DNA of 64,000 nucleotides from a virus: IMG/VR virus record IMGVR_UViG_3300010354_000069, positions 1 to 64,000 of that record; one strand, 5' to 3'. Shown piece by piece: positions 46,501 to 55,500 of this stretch (position 1 is its first letter; each line of letters starts with the position of its first letter). The notes under the pieces were generated by a model. It saw only the letters and a program-made list of their open reading frames with translations, ran no database searches and was not told where the DNA came from. The position numbers and the translations under genes were made by a program.

Positions 46501-49500
46501 GATGCTCTACGCTACCAATCTCAACAGTAGCTTCTTCTAAGGCATATAGCATAAGCTTGTTTTGTTTACTACCGTAATAGTAAGCTTTTACTATACTTGG
46601 TGCGTGCACTAGAGCACCTAGTAAACCAGCACGCTTAATGGCAGACCTTACCTTTTTCATGTAATAGTCTTTAGCAACAGACGGATTATACTGAGTAGCT
46701 ATAGTATTGCTAGCGCTATGTCTCAACTCGTGCAGTAGAGTTGAATAGCTATCACTTTCAGAAGCGGATAAAACTTTAGGTTGCTTATTAAAAGATCTTT
46801 CTAAGTCTTTTATGGCTTTATGCGATAAAACTATAAATCCACGATCCCTGCGTGGGTATCTGGTGTAATAAGCACCAGAAGCGCTACCAAGCCTTGTATA
46901 ATGTAGCCTTTGCGCTTCTTCGGGCGTTAAAAGATATTGAGCACCGGATGTAGCAGCACCAGGAAACATTTGAGCAAGTGTAGTCTTAGCTTTTCTTAGT
47001 AAGTTCTGTCTGTCTATAAAGTTTGGATCACTAGAAAGCGCTATTAGTTCTTTGTTATACGCATTTTCTAGAGCTTGCGGGCCAGAAAGCTTTCTGTTAG
47101 CAACAACCCTTAGTCTACGGTCTACTAAAAACAGTAAACCTGCACCTAGCGTTCCAGCCACCATCGTAGCAAAAACGGACAAACCACCCCCAGAAGCTGC
47201 GTGGTGTGCAATCCGCGTAGCGGCTTCTGCAGGTGCGCCCAGCAGTGCGATGCTACCCAGCGTAATTGCGGGAAGAATACTGCGCTTTGCAAGCTTTAAA
47301 GCAGTGCTCTTGACCTTGTAGTACAGATGACTGAGCTTTGGCAGAATACCTGGCGGGAGCGGTAGCTTTCCGGTTTTCTTGCCATAAACATTGGGATTGA
47401 GTCCACCGGTAAAAGAGGGCGGCGTCAAGTTTCCGGTGCTTGGGTTTAGCGGACTTGTACGTGAAGAAGTAAGCTCGCCCGTACCTCGAGAACCCGCTTG
47501 GCTACCACCCAATTCGCCAGAGTCACCAGTACCGCCGCTCAGTCCATCAGAGCCGGTACCTCCCTGCCCAAAAGGCAGAGACTGCTGACCGTTGCGCCCG
47601 GAGGGTGCGGTACCTCTAGGGCTTGGAGTATTGACCAAGAAAAAGATATTTTCCAAAGTACGGTTTACTAGGTCTTGTGTAGTTTTCTCAACGTCGATGT
47701 TGACTTCTTGGCTGGAACCCTTACGGCCAATTGTGACTCGGTCTCCAATCTTGTTAGTTTTTGCCAAGAGGCCACGACCGCGTCTACGGCCAGGTTTAAC
47801 GTTACGCGGAGCTTGTACAGGACCCCCTGAACCAAACTTCACGATATCCGTAAACATCTGTACGAGCTCTTCAGTCACCTGATTGACAATGGCCGTGCGG
47901 TCAACACCTTCCTTCAGGCCCGTACCTTCAATGAGGGCTTCTGCCAGGAACTGCAGTTGGTCGGTAGCACTGCCTTGGTGAGAAGCCAAACGAGCGAGTA
48001 AATTTGCCCTACGCTCTCCGTAATTGATACGCTTCCTGCCTGTGTCAGGGTCTTGGTCAAAACGACGATTGATGTGTTCAGCAACCTTTGCCAAGTGTTG
48101 CATTGCAGCAACACCTTGCTGCAGCCTACCTTCAGCCAAACCTGTGCGATCTTCACCAAAACCAAACGGCAGGCGTAAGAAATTCAACTGGGAAGCGCCA
48201 CGCATGACCCTTGCGCGCATGTTAAGTGCAGCACTGCGAAGTATAGATGCCTTTACAAGAGTTTCTACAGATGGAGCTGCGGATGTAAAAGTTTTACCGT
48301 CTTTTGTATGCCTATGCTTGGCAAAATCAAGAATTCCGCCGCTTTCCTTATCAAGTAGAAAAGTACTAGAAAGTAGATGCTCCAGCGCCTGTATAACGGA
48401 GTTGTTGATCTTGTTTAGGTCAGTGCCAATGTCTTTTGTACGCTCCTCCTCAATAAGACTGATCTGTTCAGTAACTTCGTGTAGACGAGCAGTATCCTCT
48501 GGGGTAAAGTTCTCAGTGTCTTTTTCAAGCTTACGCTCAAGCTTTTTCCTGATAAGCTCAAGTGTGCGTAGTATTTCTTTTCTTCCCGTAGTTTCGTCAT
48601 AGGTACGAATATTATCGTAGGCTTCTATGAATTCAGGAGAAACAAGAACGGCAGTAGTGGGATTTTTAGCTCCTGTCGCAACTACACCAACAACAGATAG
48701 CGGTGAAATAGTTCTATCCGCCGTTTCCGCAGCAAGAGTATGCCCGGCCAAATGTAATGAAACAGACCCTGCTGAATCTTCAAGAAGTATCCTTGAAGCT
48801 ACTGAATCAGGCCCAGCTGCAAGCTTTTCAAGAGTGCTGTTAAAACTTTTGACAAGACTATCAACACCTTTAACTGCATCGTGATCTTCAGGCTTGGGTA
48901 CATCAAGCACTGAAGAGGGCTTTCTCACTTTTTTCCAGATACGCCAAACCATAAAGGCTGTAAATGCACCGCTAATCAATCCAGAAATTGTACCGTAGGT
49001 AGTATCGTTATCATCATCTTCATCGTACCTATGCTTGCCGTCCTCATTGGCGTTCTTGTTTATATCTTGATAGTTACGCTTTTCATTACGCTCACCGGTG
49101 TCAGTGTACGCGTTTGGATTCAAAGTAATCCTTAATGGTTCAGTAGAGCCAGGTAGAAGCGCACCACGCCTTGTAAACTCTTGGTTGTACAGGGTCTCGG
49201 CAGACTTTGCTATGTTTTCTGCAAAACCAAAGGATTTCCACATTTTGGTGTAGGCGCCGGGCAAGCTATGCGCAGCATCCTTGTTCTTGCTGAGATACTC
49301 TTCAATTTGAGCCGCAGTAGGAACTTGAGTACTGCCCGTAGGCGTGGCAGTAGGCGTGTGCATAGGGTCAAGTACAGTACCTCCAGCACGTACTTCATAG
49401 TGTACGTGCGGGCCAGTCGAATGTCCGGTGCTACCTTGAATACCGATGCGCTGCCCGCGCACCAGAATGTCTCCTACGCTTACGCCGACTTCGTTGGCCG

Positions 49501-52500
49501 CATCATCTGCCAAGTGCCCGTACAGGATATCAACTGGCTTACCCTTGACTTTTAGTTCGGTCCGGACGATTACTACGTTGCCGTAACCACCCTTGACGCC
49601 CTTTTCAATAACTCGACCACCCACGAAAGCTACTACAGGAACATTAGTAGAGCCAGTCTTGGTGTCGTAGAACTGTATGTCTACACCTTGGTGCAGGTGT
49701 GTTCCACGGTCTCTTAGATAAGGGCTGGTGACGTTGTAGCTAATGCCGCGCTCCGTTGCCACAGGAAAACCGGTAAGGCTAGGAGTAGAGCGCAGAATAG
49801 CGGTGTGCAGCAGCTCAGCGCGCTGTTTTCTAGTAGGTGCGTACCCCAGAAAGTGACTAACTTGGTTGTAGGTTTCAGGATCGTCATAGGGCAGGTATTG
49901 CCCTCCTCTTGCCATTTGAGTTCTAACGCGCTGTGCAACATCCCTTGCTTCTGCCTTTGGCATCTTCAAGTTCTTGCTGATGTAAGCAGCAAGATCCGTT
50001 GTATTCTCGATGCCCTTGAGAGAGCCAAAGTGCTCGTTGATGTACTTGTAGTACTCTACCTGTTTGATGTAGCGCTGTGTTTCCAGCGGGAGTTTGCCAC
50101 CAGGCCTCAAAGAACGCATGAAGCCAGTAACACCAGCGTTGTACGCAGCGGCTACCTCAAGATCCGTAGGAGCGCGACCTAGCTTTTTGACTAGCTCACG
50201 ACGGAACTGAGCGAGAATATTGGCACCGGTGACAATACTGGTGCGGGGGTCAAAGAGGTTGAGCTTGCCCGTTGGGTCATGAGCTTCCGGAACAATTTGC
50301 ATCAAGCCCCTGGCATTCTTGGGGGAAACCATGCGCTCGTTGTAGTCACCGCCGGTTTCAGCCTGCATGATAGACCTGATAAAGCTCTCGGCCTCACCAG
50401 AGCGTTTGCTGGCTTCCGTGATAAAAGCCGAGTACTTCTCAGGAACCGGGCCAGCACTGCCTGTGCGTACTGGTCCACCGGTTACTTCTGCAAGAGTAGA
50501 CAGAATAGTACGTCTGCCAGGAACCGCACCTTCAGCTCTTTCGGCAGCACTTGTTCTGCTGCGAACTTCAAATCCACTCCAACCACCGGTGAACATGTAG
50601 TTGTACATGGCGTTAGCACCACCCAGTACAGCCGTTTCATACATCAGAGCGCGGCGGTGCAGTTCACCCATGATAATCTGATCTACTGACGGTACGGGCG
50701 CAAACTTGAAAGCCCTCTTGGCAGACACATTCCCGCCACCGGTTCTGGGCCTAGCCATGTACATGGAGGCAAAAGACATGTTCAAGAGATTGTCGTTGGA
50801 ACTAGACATCAGTCCGGTGTTTGAAAAAGACTGAAGTACTTCAGGCGCAACTACGGTAAGTAGTGACGCGCCAATACCACGCTTTGTAAAACGGACCTGT
50901 TCGGCAATTTCTAGCTTGGCCGCGGTAGACATCCAAGCGCGCTCGGAAGCAACACCGTAGAAGATGGGAGAGTACGAACGCCACAGTGCGTGCCTGGCAG
51001 AAAAGCTTGTCTCTCCGGCATCGCCTGACTCCAGAAGTCCAGCTTTAATTTGGGTGTTTACAAAGGTATCTGCCCAGTAGTTAAGCAAACCAGCAGCAAA
51101 TTTTAGTGGCTTGTCAGAAACCTTCTTGTATTCCTTGTTCAGGGTCATGGACAGCAGGTAATCTGCCGACTGATTCAAGTAACCGGCTGCACCGACGTTA
51201 AACGTTCTAAATATCGCGGATACGCCGGTATTCAACTGTTTCAGGGCATCTACCTTATCAGCGTGTTCCTGCACCCAGCCAATACTGTCGATAAGACCGC
51301 CAATAAAGAACTTGTTTACACGGTCACCCCAGTTAAGTTCTTTACCCTCTTTCTCTTTTGTTAGTGCTTCTTCGTACTGAGACTTACCTACTGCACTGCT
51401 TAGTGAGAATGATGCCCAGCCTACAAGGCCACCAACAAGTAGACCCGCAAAGCCTGCAACCCGACCACCTTTTGCTGCCCCAAGCGCTATTGCTCCTGCA
51501 GCAGCTAACTCTGAGGTTTTCTTGGTTGCGAGCAGTGTACCGCCAAGAACAAAGGTTTTCCAAAGTTCAGAAGCACCTTCCTCACGAAACGTTTGTCTGG
51601 CCTCTCTAGAAATTGTTGGATCCGCAGCAATTGCAATGTTTGATACTGCACCGTAGGCACCGGAGAGGAGCATCGGCCTTACAATAGCTTTGTCAGCAAT
51701 CTTCATGATTCCAGAAATACCGCCTAATGCAAACGCACCAAGTCCAATACCATACAAGCCAAATGTCACGGAATTTTCATAAGATTCAGTTGTATCAAGT
51801 AGACTCTTGCTAAGAAGCGCCAAAGACGCTAGAAGAGCTGTTGCTCTAAATCCGTAACCCAGACCAGTCATAAAGCTGGAGAATCTTGTAATCCTAGTTG
51901 CGCTTTGAATGTTCTTCGACGCAATCCGCTCTTCCTGGGCGGTGCTAGCGGTGTGGTGGCTTGGATCTGCTGTGCCTATGGAGCCAGCACGAACCTCGTG
52001 TATACCGACGGCTGGAGGAGGTGGGGGAGGTGTACCACCAAGTTGCGGTTCGGGGACGTGAGCACCAACCGAACGAAGTTTCCAGAACGTGAAAGTCTTT
52101 CTGATGCTGCCAACAAACGTAGAAGCTCTCAAACCCGCGCGGTTCAAGAAGCCAGGCATATCTACAGGTTTAAGGCCCATGACGTCGTCAAAGTCACGGA
52201 ACACGCCAAAAACAGTACGCTCAAATAGGTTTATTTCCTTAGCAAAGTCACCACCCGCAGTTAGTCTTGTACGAATGCCCTGCAGTTCGTTCATGGCGGT
52301 GAGGTAGCGCTTACCTGGAGACCACCCAGGCGGTGGTGCTGGTGAACCAGGGCCGTGCCCGGCAAAAGATTCCAGAATAATTTCAAGGCGCCTGATAGTT
52401 CCCAGCGTTCTGGTTACATCCTTGGTTTCTGCAAGCGCTTTGATATCGCCATAAGTTTCAATGACAGCTCTAGCAATTTGTTGGTAGCCCAGAGCACGGG

Positions 52501-55500
52501 CTCGACCCGAAATGACACTACCTCTTGGCAATATTCCCTCGCCAAATGGCTCGCCGTTTGCCGCGCCAAGCATCGAGAAGCCCCCACCCGGTCTGGGCAT
52601 CCTCAGTACCGAAGCGTCGGAAGGGTTATACTCAAGAGTAAGGGGATCCAACACCTTGCCCGCTGACGTCACCTCTACAGCGCGCATCAAGCGACGGATG
52701 TCAAAACCCTTAAGGGGATCGTCTGCCTTAAGATTCTTCGTTACGTTGTAAGCCGCGCGCAAGGCAGGATCCCTACTAATAGTCAGCAAGGTCCTAGCGG
52801 CTGCAATCCCGTGGCCGGCAAACATTGCAGCTGTACCCAAAGCAAAACCAAGCCAGATGGCACCAATTCGAGTCTGCTGGTTACTGTTGACTTCGCTGTT
52901 GGAAAAGTTTAGCAAGAACTCTTCAGGACTACTGTTTCTACTTAACGGACGAAGAATTTTCTTGTTCATGCCAAAAGGCAATGTATCAAAAGTATCAGAA
53001 TCATCTTCCATCTCTGTGATAGGCATTCCAGCTGCCTGCTGTGCAGCCTTGTGCCCCTCTATGTAAGCCATGATGCCCCTGTAAGTAGGAGACTGCTCCA
53101 AGGTGGCTAAGAATTCTTGATCAATGCCATCAGGCAATTTAAACAGTTCCACCTCTTTGGCTTTTTCATAAAACCTGTTTGCGTACCCAGCGTATTCCTT
53201 GGCTAAAGCAGCAACATCGTAGGAATCGTACGGTTTCATTCCAGGTGCTGTACGAAGCGGGTTGACGATCAGTGGTCTAACGCCCTGAACCAAGTTGTTC
53301 TGAGTATCGTAGCGACCCATAGCATAGTGCGTGTAGTAAGCCTGTTTTGATAGGCGAGAGTATCCGCCTACATATGCTTTTTCACCACCCAAGTAGTCGT
53401 TCATCTCTGCTGGCCAAGCTACAAGTGCCGTTCGCGCAAGAGCCTGACGGTTGCGGAGTGCCAGTTTAAGACCCGGCGACAGGTTGTATACCGGCGACTC
53501 CGACGAGAACATGCGCCCCATGAACGCCGGCTTACGAGCAGGAGCAAATCCTGTCAGCATAGTGTAATCGCCGTAGGTTGCCATCGCCAGCGAGGTCCCG
53601 CCGAGTACTTTGTTCTGGGGATTCTGCGGGCGCACGGCTGCAATCTTGTTTGACGCAACAGTAAACAGATTACCGAAGCCCATCGAGAAGCGACCTTTGA
53701 TTCGTGTAAAGCCGGTGGTATCCTCATCGCGCTCGGTTTGCTGGGCTGCGGCATAACCATGCTGCATGGCCACGATTTCAGGCCCTTGAATAACACTCTC
53801 GCTGCTGAAAGCCGAAAGTACCTTTCGTATGCTCCAGTTGATTCGCTGTGCCAAGCCCTTCGGTGTGACAGGGAATTTGCCAACAATAGGGTTCATTTCT
53901 ATGGCAAATGAATCGGTTGGTCTTGAGATAATGATTGGCTGTACATCACTTATCTTGCGCTCGCCGCTATTGGCATTTACAAGAACACGAAACCCACTTT
54001 CCATAAACTTGTTGAAAGTGCTGGTAACAGCGCCTAACGGAGTATTCGGATCGTTGTAATCAATCTTGTACCGGTTTATCTGAGATTGTATGTAAGAACC
54101 CGGCGTACCCTCATAGTTACGCTGGTGCAGATTGTAAACAATACGTCCAGCCTCAAACACCATCAATGACAAACCAATAGTAGCCAAAGATTGACCTGCG
54201 CGTACTGGAGCCATGAAACCACTAGAGAACGACCCACCTAAAACCTTTGACGCGGTACCGGTAAGAACACCCACGGGTGCAGTCACGGGTAGAGTAACCA
54301 CCCGCATGAGCGCTCGCATGGCTACACCGGGTCCCCTGAGCAGAGTACCAACAACGCGGCGAGCGCTAATTCCGCTAGCACCGCTAGTAGTCTCTGAAGT
54401 AAGTATGTTGCCAATATTTGTTAGCGGATCAAGAGAAACTCTTGTATCCTGACCATACTTCAGGTACCCGGTTACGCGCTCGAACAGCGAGGAAGCGGGA
54501 GGCTTAACTCCAGTCAATAAAAGCTCTCGAGCCTGGTAGTGTTTCTTGGCAGCTAGGTTAGCCAGTGCAAACGTCGTTCCTACTGCAAGTGCAGTAAGGG
54601 TTGGCCCAGCAATAGCGGCAGCACCTACATTGAGCTGTGCCACTGCTTCCACAAGTGTCGATGGCTTGTAGCCTAAGGACATGATGTTCAGAGCAATTTT
54701 GGAAGCAAAGCTTGAAGCGCTATTTTCTTTATTACTTACTGCGTCGTACAGCAAACGATCAAAGTAGTTGTTGGATTCCTTTACGCCCCTTAGCCAGTAC
54801 TCTAGCTGCTTGTAGCCGCGCTTTTCCATTCGATAGAAAGGCATCGACATAGTGCCAGATCCTTGAAGGGGCAGCGGTGTGATGAAGGATATAGCGTAAC
54901 TGGTGCGACCGCCCTGTGTAGCTGCGCTAAGGAAAAGTGCCGGACCACCCATCCAGCCTATACGCAGGCCGTCAATAGACATCTGATTGATTTCAGACTT
55001 GTAGGCAGTAACCGAGAAGTTACGGAAAATGTCTAATGTCTTTTGAATTGTGCCTTGTACAGCCCCAGGATCACCGGTTATTTGCCCTCTAAAACCTTCG
55101 TTGTCCAATTGGCGCATGCGGTCACTAGCCGTCATTGCTGCTGCTTGCTGTTGCGTGACTACCTTCCAGCTGAAATTGTCTCTGTCAGCCTGAATCATCT
55201 TGACGGTGTTGCGGTACAAGGCAGTCGGCGTATTGGCAATGAACTCGGTTACAGACTTCAGCGCCCCGCGAACGCTATTGAATTGCCTGAAACCCTGCGA
55301 GTACATGAAGGTAAGAGCACCAACTTCCTCCTGGGTGCCATCAGCTTTGGTAACAACAACGTTTCTAGGAACATTGAACATCTTGTTGGCTTGTCTGAAG
55401 CTGGTAAAACCTCGTCCAGACAACAGCTCTGTCAGACCTCCCGCAACGCTGCCACCGACAATACCGGCAAGGAAGGTACCAAAACCTCTACCACGGGTTA

